Shown here in pieces: positions 1-9,776 of a DNA stretch of 64,000 nucleotides. The stretch comes from Candidatus Poribacteria bacterium. Its GTDB lineage: Bacteria > Poribacteria > WGA-4E > WGA-3G. The position numbers and the translations under genes were made by a program. The notes beneath the pieces were generated by a model. The model did not search any database, was not told the origin of the DNA, and was given only the letters and a program-made list of their open reading frames with translations. The DNA lies in contig CBDBFU010000002.1 of the NCBI GenBank assembly GCA_965205025.1, positions 160,001-224,000 of the forward strand, read 5' to 3'. Each line of letters begins with the position of its first letter. Within the stretch, counting starts at the first letter, position 1.

Positions 1-3000
1 GTATCCTGGATAATTAATGAGGAACTGTGTTTTTGCTTCAGCGAGGATTGCGCCAATATGCTCAGTTTTGTCATTAAACATCACCTCGAATATTTCTTGA
101 TTGAGTATAAAATCTCCATCTAATAGTCCAATACTGGTACCCCCGATTACAGCAATTGCCCCGCCGTTTTGAGAACGGAGTAATGCTTCAGCCAAACAAC
201 CTGTGGGACTATCAAATTCACCGGTAAAACAGGTCATGCTGATGACAAACGGCATCCGTGATATATTGGTTAGATTTTTTTCAGGATCTTCTAAATCCAT
301 CATCCGACTTGACGACCAAACACCGCCGCCACCGTGTCCGATGTAATTGACTAAACTGGCGCCTTCGTTGAATCCATTAATGACTTGTCTACCTACAGGT
401 GTACTACCTCCTGTTAATGATAAATCTTCTTCAGAGGTAGGTGGAGCATAAATTGGAACAATTTCATATTTTTCATTTAGCCGATTCGTATTGGTTAGAA
501 AATTTGTCTGGTAATGGAATGTTTCCTCCGATCCTGCGAGCATTAAAATCCGTTTATGCCACGGTCCAACATCTGCTTTGCTTTCATAATATATTGCCCG
601 TTCGACGAATACGCGTACATCAACACTATTTGCGGCTGGCACTCTCCCTATAAACATTTCAGGGAAATTATCGTTTCCGCGAAAATTAACAAACCTATAA
701 TCGCTTGCGGATGATCCGTATCCTGGGATTTGGACTTGAATTGTCGGCACCGTACTAGTTTTCTCTTTTAGATTTGTATCTCCAACTAACAGGACATAAG
801 TTGGTGCGGGGGATTGCCAATTTTCATAAGCATATTTTAGAAAATCCCGTAATGCATAAGGATTTGGAATACCGTGATTAAATTCATCATAGATATCCTC
901 AACAGTTACGATTTTAGATCGTAAACCTTGTTGACTTCGAAAACTTGCGAGTGGTTGTACTTCTCTTACAAATTCTGTATCGGTAATAATTATGTAATCC
1001 GCCCCGTTGTTTGAGTTTCGTAAATCGGATGGTGAATCTTTAATAATATCCTTCGGCGTTAGATATTTATCCTTTGTCAATGCGATATATTGGATTTGGG
1101 TATTTAAGGGTTGATTAATGTTGTTTGATGATGTACCTTCAATTTGTGTTGATTGAAAAACGACGTTATATTTTCCCTGTATGTTTTCATCTTGCTGTGG
1201 GGATAGCCCGACATAACGTGTTCCGTCAATACCATATATTTCTATGGCAGGTGTATTAAAGTTCTTTAATTCTACTCTAAAGTTTGGATTAGGTCTGCCG
1301 GTTTCATCTGGTATTAATGTAACAGCAAATGGTAGCAGGTTATTTGTAGCGTCATAAGTTCGCCAATAATCCACCTCAAACCAGTTTAACATCTGGAGAT
1401 CTAAATTCCTACCTCCAGGAAGCACGGCACCTATTGTATTTCTACCATTTTTGAGAAAAGACTGTGAAATTGCCGTATTTTCTAATAGGAATTCTATATC
1501 GCCTTCCCAGCGTGGACTCCCGATAACAATATCATTGTTTAACCATAATTCTGCGAAATGTGTATCCACAGATCTACCATGGAGAGCAATCCGTAGTGTT
1601 GCTTTATTTGCAGTTCCAGCAACACCGTTAATTGTAAAAGCAAACTCTCGTGTAGTTGGTGCACTGAGTTGTGCCCAAAACCGACTATCATCTGGTAGGT
1701 CTGGGAGGGAACTAAGTTGGAAGTTACGTGCTTGAAGTCCTTCACCGAATTCCTCATAGTCGTCACTTGCTGATAATCCAAAATCCTTAAATCTACGAAA
1801 CTGGTTATCCTTTTCAAAATGTACACGAGTGAGAAAGTTTCTGGGTTGATATCGTATTGATGAATCTACAGAAATAGTTTTCGTTTCCATTCGAAGTCCT
1901 GGTCCAGCATTCCATGTTAACCAATAGACATTTTCATCAGAATAAGGATCAATATATGTTTTTTCACCGCTATGCCGTTCTGCATAAAATATGATTTCAC
2001 CTTCTGGATCGAATCCGTTAAAATTCTCTCCAGTTCCTGATATTTCTTGTCCACTTGTGGCGTTTCGAACCAAAATTGGAACATGTCTCCCTTTGTTAGA
2101 TAGTGTCAATGTAGAAGATTTTATTGCCGGTAGGTCGACACCAGCAGCGGCTAAATCACTTGCAGTGATACGATACATACCTGATTTGTCAATAACGATC
2201 TTGTACCGGTCTCCACTGGGTAAAGAAAAGAAGGATGGGTTTTTAAGATGTAGGTCTTCAGTAGATCCATTATTTAGGAATTTTCCGCCGACTGTGGAAC
2301 GCCACTGATTCGCAGTTTTTGGATTTATAAGGAGATTCTCAAACATTTCTTGATAAACGGATGATTCTGGACGAGGTATTCTCTGAACTGGTGATGGTGC
2401 ATTCGCTAATCTGTTGAACCGAACTTCAACCACAAGTCGATGATAAAGTTTTACCATACCAGTGACAGGATTATACTGTACTGGATGAACTTGAATGGGT
2501 AGAACCCGATTCTCACGAATCCATCCTGCAGTTCCGATTTCAGCAAGGTTTCGTGGCATATATTGATTGGTAGTATATATGTTCTCTGATTCTATTCCAT
2601 GTTTAGCTAACTCTTTAATATAGCCATCTCTACTGTTTGCGATTTTATGTGTCAGTCTGTATATACTGAAATCTGCCTTTTCGTGTATTACGACAGTAAA
2701 ACTCACATCAGTCGGCACACCTATTAAGGTAGTTTGCATAGGAATGCGTGGTACACCTTTTTCAGTAGTATACCTACATTTTGGGAAGGAGAGAGTCTGG
2801 TATTGTTGACCGTTGTGTTCCTCAATACCGATCTTCAGATCTGATTTTTCAATATTGAGCTGTATTGTAACACCTTGTGGCGTTTCTTTCACCAATTCAA
2901 TCTTTCCAGTGGTAGTCATTTTGTTAGCTTGAATAACTGGTGTTGTTTCCATAGGCAGGGCAGCACAAAACTGGATAATCGCAAAAAGCAGTAAAACAGT

Positions 3001-3027
3001 TGTAGGATATAAAATATGTCTTATCAT
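1..3027 (-). CDS. Peptidase C25 (gingipain/PorU-like) family protein, C-terminus runs off window
   Basis: Not in ORF track because it has no stop inside the window. Segments read by hand from ATG at 3027: signal peptide MIRHILYPTTVLLLFAIIQFCAA, C25-propeptide-like GVPRIPMQTTLIGVP, and catalytic motifs LVNYIGHGGGGVW and MPFVISMTCFTGEFD near the left edge. Confidence 0.85.
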   Translation of the reverse strand, partial: MIRHILYPTTVLLLFAIIQFCAALPMETTPVIQANKMTTTGKIELVKETPQGVTIQLNIEKSDLKIGIEEHNGQQYQTLSFPKCRYTTEKGVPRIPMQTTLIGVPTDVSFTVVIHEKADFSIYRLTHKIANSRDGYIKELAKHGIESENIYTTNQYMPRNLAEIGTAGWIRENRVLPIQVHPVQYNPVTGMVKLYHRLVVEVRFNRLANAPSPVQRIPRPESSVYQEMFENLLINPKTANQWRSTVGGKFLNNGSTEDLHLKNPSFFSLPSGDRYKIVIDKSGMYRITASDLAAAGVDLPAIKSSTLTLSNKGRHVPILVRNATSGQEISGTGENFNGFDPEGEIIFYAERHSGEKTYIDPYSDENVYWLTWNAGPGLRMETKTISVDSSIRYQPRNFLTRVHFEKDNQFRRFKDFGLSASDDYEEFGEGLQARNFQLSSLPDLPDDSRFWAQLSAPTTREFAFTINGVAGTANKATLRIALHGRSVDTHFAELWLNNDIVIGSPRWEGDIEFLLENTAISQSFLKNGRNTIGAVLPGGRNLDLQMLNWFEVDYWRTYDATNNLLPFAVTLIPDETGRPNPNFRVELKNFNTPAIEIYGIDGTRYVGLSPQQDENIQGKYNVVFQSTQIEGTSSNNINQPLNTQIQYIALTKDKYLTPKDIIKDSPSDLRNSNNGADYIIITDTEFVREVQPLASFRSQQGLRSKIVTVEDIYDEFNHGIPNPYALRDFLKYAYENWQSPAPTYVLLVGDTNLKEKTSTVPTIQVQIPGYGSSASDYRFVNFRGNDNFPEMFIGRVPAANSVDVRVFVERAIYYESKADVGPWHKRILMLAGSEETFHYQTNFLTNTNRLNEKYEIVPIYAPPTSEEDLSLTGGSTPVGRQVINGFNEGASLVNYIGHGGGGVWSSSRMMDLEDPEKNLTNISRMPFVISMTCFTGEFDSPTGCLAEALLRSQNGGAIAVIGGTSIGLLDGDFILNQEIFEVMFNDKTEHIGAILAEAKTQFLINYPGY

Positions 3028-3069
3028 GGGAATTATTAGTAAGTAGAATATTAGAGAATGTCGTGGTAA

Positions 3070-3728
3070 TTAATTGTTTTTTGCCAGGTGGTATATTTCA
3101 ATTTCTCTTACTTGAGCAACTGAAGGTCGCACCACTCGATAGTGAGGAAAATACTGATTGCCAATAGTCATCCGTCTATTTACCACTTTATCACCTTGGT
3201 CAAGTTTAACCTTATTGACAACGACGTCATCAACAGTGCGGCTTACAGCAATTCGGATCATTTCGTATTAATATTTAATCTGTCAATAACAAAGGTAGGT
3301 TGTGCGTTTTTGCCTTCTAAGTTTCGTCGCTGAATAACAGAATGAAAAGTTTCCCATTTATCTGTTTCAGAATTCAGATATTCCATTTGAAATCTAAATA
3401 GATTTCCGTTATGAATTATAATTTTGCGAACTGGATGTATTTCAGCAAAACGTATGACAAAGTTCCGATCATTCTTTGCCGGGAGGGTTGCGATAGTTTC
3501 CAAGTTCCCATCGTTTAATCCGGGGTGGTTTGCTTCAGTTCCATAAGTAGCAGTGGCAATATTCTCACTGTATTGAGTTGACAAGACCTGGGCAAGACGG
3601 CAAGCATTCAAATGCATACTGACAAAAAGTAAGAGGACACTGAGTAATATATTTCTACAAATGACAACTGACGATGTGGATTCAATGTGTGAAAGGTTTT
3701 GTAATCTCATTGTATGTTTATGTATCAT
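3070..3728 (-). CDS. Secreted discoidin/F5-8-type-C-like protein, split by a 1-nt frameshift at ~3260
   Basis: ORFs 3258..3728 and 3070..3261 join as NINTK-MIRIAVSRT...VREIEIY if one A is added to ACGAAATG. Hydrophobic N-terminal helix; VREIEIY terminal strand is typical of discoidin-like folds. Confidence 0.5.
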
Positions 3729-4012
3729 TTGTTTCCTCCGGTAAAGTCACATCAAAATGATCTACAATTCCCATAATTAGTTCTCGGATAGGTGCATTTT
3801 CTATACCGAATACCTCTTGTGCCACTCCGGGTCCAGCCCCCACGATCACAGTGTCTCCTTCACCAGCACCGACATAATCCACTGCTATCGTTGGTGTCCG
3901 TACGACGTGTGATTTTAGACTTAAGGGTTGGACAAGCAGCAAGGTTCGATTTTCATACGCTGGATGTTTTAGAACGGAAAACGGTTTTACCAATTACTTT
4001 TGCCAGATACAT
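3718..4012 (-). CDS. EutN/CcmL family bacterial microcompartment vertex (BMC-P) protein, 1-nt frameshift near 3985
   Basis: ATG at 4012 gives MYLAKVIGKTV. Removing one T from GTTTTCC joins it to SVLKHPAYENRTLLLVQP...AVDYVGAGEGDTVIV...IMGIVD, the canonical EutN pattern. Confidence 0.88.
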
Positions 4013-4057
4013 AGAAACCTTCTAAATCCTGATTATTTTGAAGTATTACAAACTAAT

Positions 4058-4158
4058 GGACAGTCCAGACTAAAATTGATTGTATCAATAAATCATGTCG
4101 CGACCAGGAGGTCGCTCCTACAGAAGAAAACTACGCATAAATTTAGCGTGGACGATCT
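4058..4158. mobile_element. ~100-bp MITE carrying a GTAG-type REP hairpin
   Basis: Imperfect terminal inverted repeats (GGACAGTCCAGACTAAA / TTTAGCGTGGACGATCT) flanked by ACTAAT direct repeats at 4052-4057 and 4159-4164. Internal GTAGGAGCGACCTCCTGGTCGCGAC on the minus strand. Confidence 0.6.
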
Positions 4159-4175
4159 ACTAATGCTTAGAAATA

Positions 4176-4469
4176 TTATGACGATGTATTATTCTGTTCT
4201 TCAAGTAGTGAAATAGAATCAACAAGTCCAACGATTGCCACATCTACAGGCATTCGCTTTCCGGGGAGTACACCTACTGCATCCCCTCCGGTGACATAGT
4301 AAACTATTTCCCCTTCTCCTGCATCTTTTAATGTATCCACTGCGACGATTGGGGTTTTGATAGGATTCTGTTTCTCGTCCAATGGTTGCACAATAAGGAG
4401 ACGTGTCCCATCTAAACTTGGGTCTTTACGTGTTGCGACTACTGTTCCAATTACTTTTCCTATATCCAT
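4176..4469 (-). CDS. EutN/CcmL family bacterial microcompartment vertex (BMC-P) protein
   Basis: MDIGKVIGTVVATRKDPSLDGTRLLIVQP...VAVD...AGEGEIV...PVDVAIVGLVD. Confidence 0.93.
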   Translation of the reverse strand: MDIGKVIGTVVATRKDPSLDGTRLLIVQPLDEKQNPIKTPIVAVDTLKDAGEGEIVYYVTGGDAVGVLPGKRMPVDVAIVGLVDSISLLEEQNNTSS

Positions 4470-4541
4470 TAGTGTTATCTCATATTAATTTAATTCAATT
4501 TTTTTAGATTTCGTGATTTATAGAAACGACTTGTGCCAGTT

Positions 4542-4863
4542 TTCTATAGACATAGCACTCCGCTGGAGTGCGAGAATATATCAGTAGTGTCTTCTATAGA
4601 CATAGCAATCCGCTGGAGTGCGAGAATATATCAGTAGTGTCTTCTATAGACATAGCAATCCGCTGGAGTGCGAGAATATATCAATAGTTTTCTATAGACA
4701 TAGCAATCCGCTGGAGTGCGAGAATATATCAATAGTTTTCTATAGACATAGCAATCCGCTGGAGTGCGAGAATATATCAATAGTTTTCTATAGACATAGC
4801 AATCCGCTGGAGTGCAAGAATATATCGATAGTTTTCTATAGACATAGCAATCCGCTGGAGTGC
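4542..4863. repeat. Tandem array of 7 copies of a 48-50 bp REP-like hairpin unit
   Basis: TTCTATAGACATAGCA(A/C)TCCGCTGGAGTGC starts at 4542, 4592, 4642, 4690, 4738, 4786 and 4834, with near-identical linkers. Hairpin GCACTCC-GCT-GGAGTGC. Confidence 0.92.
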
Positions 4864-4920
4864 TGTATTTTTGTTGGATACCACTGATATAGACAATTCA
4901 CAAAAATAAACTTATCATTA

Positions 4921-5040
4921 ACGTGAGTTTGATAAAACACATTTTAACCCAAACTTTTAGTTAAGACCAGAGTGCACAAACTGGAAAGTTTGTGCTACAA
5001 AGACTATTCTCAGGTCAAAATACTATTATCAAACTGACAT
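4921..5040. mobile_element. MITE (ACGTGAGTTTGATAA ends) carrying a REP
   Basis: TIR ACGTGAGTTTGATAA / TTATCAAACTGACAT, 8-bp duplication TATCATTA (4913-4920, 5041-5048). Internal GCACAAACTGGAAAGTTTGTGCTAC. A similar copy lies at 54311. Confidence 0.8.
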
Positions 5041-5090
5041 TATCATTAGAAACGCAGCTTCCTCATGAATAAGAGTTGTCCAAACTATAG

Positions 5091-6519
5091 TTATTTTATA
5101 TCGTACTCGTTTAACTTTGTGTGGAGTGTATTTCGGTTGATCCCGAGTATCTCAGAGGCTTTACTCCTGTTACCATCGGTATGCTCAAGTACAATCTCAA
5201 AGAGCGGTTTCTCAAAAATAGCCCGAATTTTAGCATATAGTTGTCCCGTCATCCACATCAGATTCTAACAAATGTGCTACTTGTCCTTGAAGGAGTGTTT
5301 GCATTTGCGAATCCAGATTTTGATTGTCTACGTTCGTTTCCAGAACCGGTTTTTCGAAGATCTCTGAAAAATGTTCTGGAAGTAGCATCTGTCCCGAACA
5401 CATGACGAGTGCGCGTTTTATAGCGTTTTCGAGTTCACGAACATTCCCGTGCCACTCATGTTCGGTAAGTTTTTCAATTGTCTCGGAAGAGACCCCGATT
5501 TTTGGTATTTGATACTCTTGTGCAAATCGACTTGTAAATAGATCAATTAAATCTGGAATATCCTCTCTCCGTTCTCTTAGAGGTGGTAGAGAAATAGGAA
5601 CAACATTCAATCTGTAGTAAAGGTCGTCTCTAAAAGTCTTTTCCGTAATTGCAGTATCGAGTTTTTGATTAGTTGCAGCGATAATACGTACATTTACCGC
5701 GCGTGTATCATTACTGCCAACTGGTTCTATCTCTCGTTCTTGGAGTACTCGCAACAATTTCATCTGGACATCAATAGGTAATTCTCCAACTTCGTCAAGA
5801 AATATCGTACCGCTATCTGCTTGTTCAAATTTACCTTTTCTATCCGCGTGTGCATCGGTAAATGCGCCTTTGACGTGTCCAAAGAGTGTACTTTCAATAA
5901 GACTCGGTGGTATAGCACTACAATCTACAACAATAAAAGGATTTTCAGTACGTGGACTATTTTTATGGATAAGTTCTGCGACCAATTCTTTGCCGGTACC
6001 ACTTTCACCCATAATTAGAACGGTTTCGTCACTGACAGCTGCCCGTCCGATTATTTGATATACCACCTGCATAGCCGGACTTTTCCCGACCATTCTCCCT
6101 TGAGCGTCAATGGATTCTGCTTCTTGTGTATCGTCTGTTTCTTCTTTTGTGATAGTTACAGCCGATGCTGCGCGTTCTACCAAATCAAGCAATTCTTCTC
6201 GATCAACAGGTTTCGTGAGGTATCCGTAAGCGCGTCTCTTTGCTGCTTCAATAGCCGTTTGTGTTGTACCGTGTCCAGTAATTATAATGATTGCGACAGT
6301 CGGGTTTATCTCTTGAATAGACTCTATCAATTCAAGTCCATCGGCATCTCCTAAGAATATATCGAGTAGTATGACATCAATCTCATTCTTATGTACACAC
6401 TCAATGGTCTCTTTGCCATTCCGAGCTTTGACAGTGTTATATCCTGCCTTATTGAGTGCTGCACTTAAGACTTGTCGTAGACTATTGTCATCATCTGCTA
6501 TGAGGATTGAGTAGGACAT
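5091..6519 (-). CDS. Sigma54-dependent response regulator (NtrC/AtoC family), 1-nt frameshift near 5245
   Basis: Receiver domain, GESGTGKE, GAFTDA, LDEVGE, WHGNVREL. Removing one G from GACGGGACAA restores the Fis HTH ...GNRSKASEILGINRNTLHTKLNEYDIK, stop at 5091. Confidence 0.9.
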
Positions 6520-6587
6520 AATTGTATCTCGTTTATCAACTATCTAATAACGACGTGAGTTTGATAACTAAAATTATTTTATACGTC

Positions 6588-6754
6588 GAATCAAGGAATC
6601 CAGGAATCAAGGAATCAACGGTATGAATGCTATTTAGCATTCCCCGGGTATGAATGCTATTTAGCATTCCCCGGGTATGAATGCTATTTAGCATTCCCCG
6701 GGTATGAATGCTATTTAGCATTCCCCGGGTATGAATGCTATTTAGCATTCCCCG
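6588..6754. repeat. Nested stack of the ~35-bp hairpin element (4 left ends followed by 5 right parts)
   Basis: GAATC(A/C)AG x3 plus GAATCAAC, then GGTATGAATGCTATTTAGCATTCCCCG x5 with a 27-bp period. Confidence 0.85.
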
Positions 6755-6829
6755 TGGTTAGAAACCGCACCATAGGCATCAATTTAGGGATACACCTTTC
6801 GCCCCGCGAATCAACGGTATGAATGACAT

Positions 6830-6944
6830 ATGAAGATTAATTTTTAAATTCGGTATTTTTGGAGAAATATCCAGTGCGGTTAGGAAACCGCACCTACCGG
6901 GTTTGGGAAAAAAAGAATTACCGAACTATTTACTTAATCTTCAT
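6830..6944. mobile_element. MITE (ATGAAGATTAA ends) carrying GTAG REP, inserted in the hairpin loop of a 35-bp element
   Basis: ATGAAGATTAA...TTAATCTTCAT, internal GTGCGGTTAGGAAACCGCACCTAC, flanks GAATGACAT / TAGTCATTC. Similar copies near 23886-24000 and 44956-45069. Confidence 0.75.
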
Positions 6945-7061
6945 TAGTCATTCACCGGGGCTTCTAATACTCACATTGAAGTATTTTTTCTGAGTAATTA
7001 TATGGTCATTACAGACAGAAATACAACTATACTCGGATATATAATACCAATTTTACTTAAT

Positions 7062-7970
7062 TATAGTGACCATCAGAATTAAAGAGACATTTTTTGTATT
7101 TTGTAATAGAATGTGTCTATTATGGCATATTCAACAGATTTACGCAAACGCGTTTTAGATTTTATTGAAGCTGGCGGGAAAAAAGCCGAAGCTGCCCGTC
7201 GTTTTTCTCTGAATCGTTCAACGATTTATAGATGGTTAGCCGCTGAAGACCCGCTTTCGACCCAAAAACCGGGGGCCAAAAGCATGAGAGTGCTTGACGA
7301 GGCAGCACTAAAAAAACATGTCGCTGATTTCCCAGACTTGACGCAAAACGAACGCGCCTCACATTTCGGTGTTTCAGAGTCTTCTATAGCCTATGGGTTG
7401 CGGAAACTCGGCATCACACGAAAAAAAAACAATCGGATATAAGGAGCGGTGCGATGAGAAACGTAGGGGCTACCGTCAGACACTCACCGAGAAACACGCC
7501 GCTGGTAAAAAGATAGTTTATGTTGATGAATGCGGTTTTCGTGCTGAAAGTTATAGGCGTCATGGCTATGCCCCGAAAGGTGAATGTGTCTTAGGTTTGA
7601 TCTCAGGCACAAGAACACGAACAACGACGCTGGTCGCAGCGCGTATCGGTTCGACTTTTACGGCACCTTGTTTGTTTGATGGAAGCTGCGATTCTGCGTG
7701 TTTCAATGCGTGGCTTGAAGCCTATTTATGTCCACGGCTGTCTGTCTCAGACGTGGTTGTTCTTGATAATGCGAAGATCCACAAGACGCTTCGGACGCGT
7801 GAGTTGATAGAAGCATCGGGAGCAGAGGTATTGTTTTTACCACCTTATTCACCGGACTACAACCCGATTGAACACGACTTTGCGAATATCAAACGTCTCA
7901 GAGAATACAATGCTGATATAACCATTGATGAAGTTATAAACATGTATCATTAATTCTAAAGTTTACTATA
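7062..7970 (+). mobile_element. IS630 family insertion sequence
   Basis: Imperfect TIRs TATAGTGACCATCAGAATTA / TAATTCTAAAGTTTACTATA with terminal TA, enclosing a split transposase. Confidence 0.88.
7113..7953 (+). CDS. IS630 transposase in two frames joined at an A9 run (7421-7429)
   Basis: OrfA HTH (AYSTDLRKRVL...LGITRKK); OrfB DDE motifs YVDECGF, VLDNAKIH, LPPYSPDYNPIEH. Confidence 0.9.
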
Positions 7971-8020
7971 GTTTACATTAATAGCAGATCGGAAAAGCCA
8001 ATTTAAGTTTAAAAGGTATT

Positions 8021-8100
8021 ATATAAACATTCCGTCCCTACGGGACTCAAGATAGTGGATAAACACGTTTTCTATAGACATTTCGTCCCTACGGGACTCA
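8021..8100. repeat. Pair of CTATAGACAT-leader hairpin repeats (GTCCC-TAC-GGGAC)
   Basis: TATA(A/G)ACATT(C/T)CGTCCCTACGGGACTCA twice. Further pairs near 12802/12853, 14411/14497, 23693/23741 and 62906/62955. Confidence 0.8.
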
Positions 8101-8173
8101 TAAAGCTTTATATGATTGTTACTGTTACACTTAAATCATAATGTAAGTGTATCAATTGAAAATGGTATTAGAA

Positions 8174-9727
8174 CTAAATTACACTGGGAAGAGATATTAT
8201 AAAAGCAGTTCCAGTTGAAAGGGTAGCATCCACTTCAATATTCCCCTCGTGTTCTGCTAAGATTTTACGGCTAATGTAAAGTCCAAGTCCTGTCCCCTTC
8301 TGTTTTGTAGTGTAAAAGGCATCAAATAGGTTCGGAATGTCAGTCTGTGAAATACCCTGACCTGTATCTTGTATCCTGATGTTAACTGTTTTGGTTTCTT
8401 TCTCGGTGTAAGTTTTAATTGTTAACGTCCCACCAGTTTCCATTGCTTCTATGGCATTAGAAAACAGGTTGAAGATAACCTGTGTTATTCCATCCTGATT
8501 TAGATATACGGATGGACATTCATCAAACTCACATATAACTTCAATATTGTGTCTATCTAATTCTGGTTGATAGGTGGCAAGACAATTATCAAGTAATTTC
8601 TGTATATCACATAGTTCTGCGTCTGTTGTTGCTGGTTTACCGAATGCAAGTAGTTGTTCTATAGATCGGTTTAACCGGTCTACCTCTTTTATAATTATTG
8701 AGGTATACTCAGCAATCTCTTCTTGTTCCTCTATTGGAAGTTTTTCAAATCTATCGAAAGGTTCGCTTAGAAGTTGTGTTGCCAATCGAATACTTCCGAG
8801 AGGATTTCTGACTTCATGAGCAATGGTAGTCACCAATTTTCCGAGTGCTGCTAAGCGTTCAGATTGAACTAAAGCATCAATCGTCTGCTGTATTTTTACT
8901 CTCTGTGCTATGATTGAAGCGATAATTTCCAACACCTGTAGATCTTCTGATGCTGAAAGTTCATCTTTTGCCTTGTCAATTCTTAGAGTTCCGATGATTT
9001 GTTCTTCAACAATTACTGGTAAACACCAGAAATCGATATTATCTTTCGATTCTACCTGTTCAGGTGGATATAGTTCTACTGAAGAGCGAGGAATCCGATA
9101 TTGTGGCACCCCACGCGCTTCACCATCTGCGAGTACTTTTCTCTCAATCTCCTCTATTTGGTGATCAGTTCCACGTTTTTGCTCTGCAGCGGTTAATCCT
9201 AAAATCACCTCAGCAGATGTTACCACCTCACCATCATCATAAAGGTTTAGTGTCCCGCGATAAATTCCGAGACGTTCCGATAAGATTTCAATAATCCGTT
9301 GAAAGAGTTCATCAAATTCGAGTGCATCATTGGCTGCTTGACTCACCTCAAAAACGATTGATAAATCCCGCACCCGTTTTTCCAATGTAGCGATATCAAT
9401 ACTGATTCTATCCATCTCTTTGGTTCGATTCAAACGTTGAATCTGCAATTGACGGATAGTTCTACCCAAGAGAAATGCTACAACGGGATATAGGAACGCT
9501 ATAGCAATACCTTCAACCTGTTGTGGAAATCGCAATACATAGACCCAATTAGCTATAGTTGTTAGTCCGAGGAGAATCTGTTGTTTACGTTGACTTGTAT
9601 AAAGAGCTGCCAACATTATCACACCATAATAGAGATGTGAAACAGTGAAATAATACTGATGCCATCCCGACACATAAACAATAATATTGACGCATATTAC
9701 ACCGAATGCTAATAATAAAGCTTTCAT
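8174..9727 (-). CDS. Membrane sensor histidine kinase with GAF domain
   Basis: N-terminal TM helices, NifA-like GAF, H-box AHEVRNPL, N-box NLFSNAIEA, G boxes DTGQGI and GTGLGL. Confidence 0.92.
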   Translation of the reverse strand: MKALLLAFGVICVNIIVYVSGWHQYYFTVSHLYYGVIMLAALYTSQRKQQILLGLTTIANWVYVLRFPQQVEGIAIAFLYPVVAFLLGRTIRQLQIQRLNRTKEMDRISIDIATLEKRVRDLSIVFEVSQAANDALEFDELFQRIIEILSERLGIYRGTLNLYDDGEVVTSAEVILGLTAAEQKRGTDHQIEEIERKVLADGEARGVPQYRIPRSSVELYPPEQVESKDNIDFWCLPVIVEEQIIGTLRIDKAKDELSASEDLQVLEIIASIIAQRVKIQQTIDALVQSERLAALGKLVTTIAHEVRNPLGSIRLATQLLSEPFDRFEKLPIEEQEEIAEYTSIIIKEVDRLNRSIEQLLAFGKPATTDAELCDIQKLLDNCLATYQPELDRHNIEVICEFDECPSVYLNQDGITQVIFNLFSNAIEAMETGGTLTIKTYTEKETKTVNIRIQDTGQGISQTDIPNLFDAFYTTKQKGTGLGLYISRKILAEHEGNIEVDATLSTGTAFIISLPSVI

Positions 9728-9776
9728 GACTATTCGCTGTGAGTATCGGATTACGATTGATTCAAATAGATTAGGT

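Noticed and set aside
441-2308. Short ORFs listed at 441, 1451, 1539 and 1991
   Set aside because: Shadow frames overlapping the long C25 peptidase gene on the minus strand.
4522-4540. Sigma54 promoter upstream of the BMC vertex genes (TGGCAC on minus strand)
   Set aside because: The -24 element is present, but there is no TTGC at the required -12 spacing.
4542-4863. Possible CRISPR array
   Set aside because: Linkers are near-identical and only ~18-20 nt, there are no cas genes, and the unit occurs dispersed elsewhere as a REP-like repeat.
6536-6748. ORF with MLNSIHTRG repeats (also ORF 4618..4887)
   Set aside because: These are translations of non-coding tandem repeats whose periods (27 and 48 bp) happen to be multiples of three.
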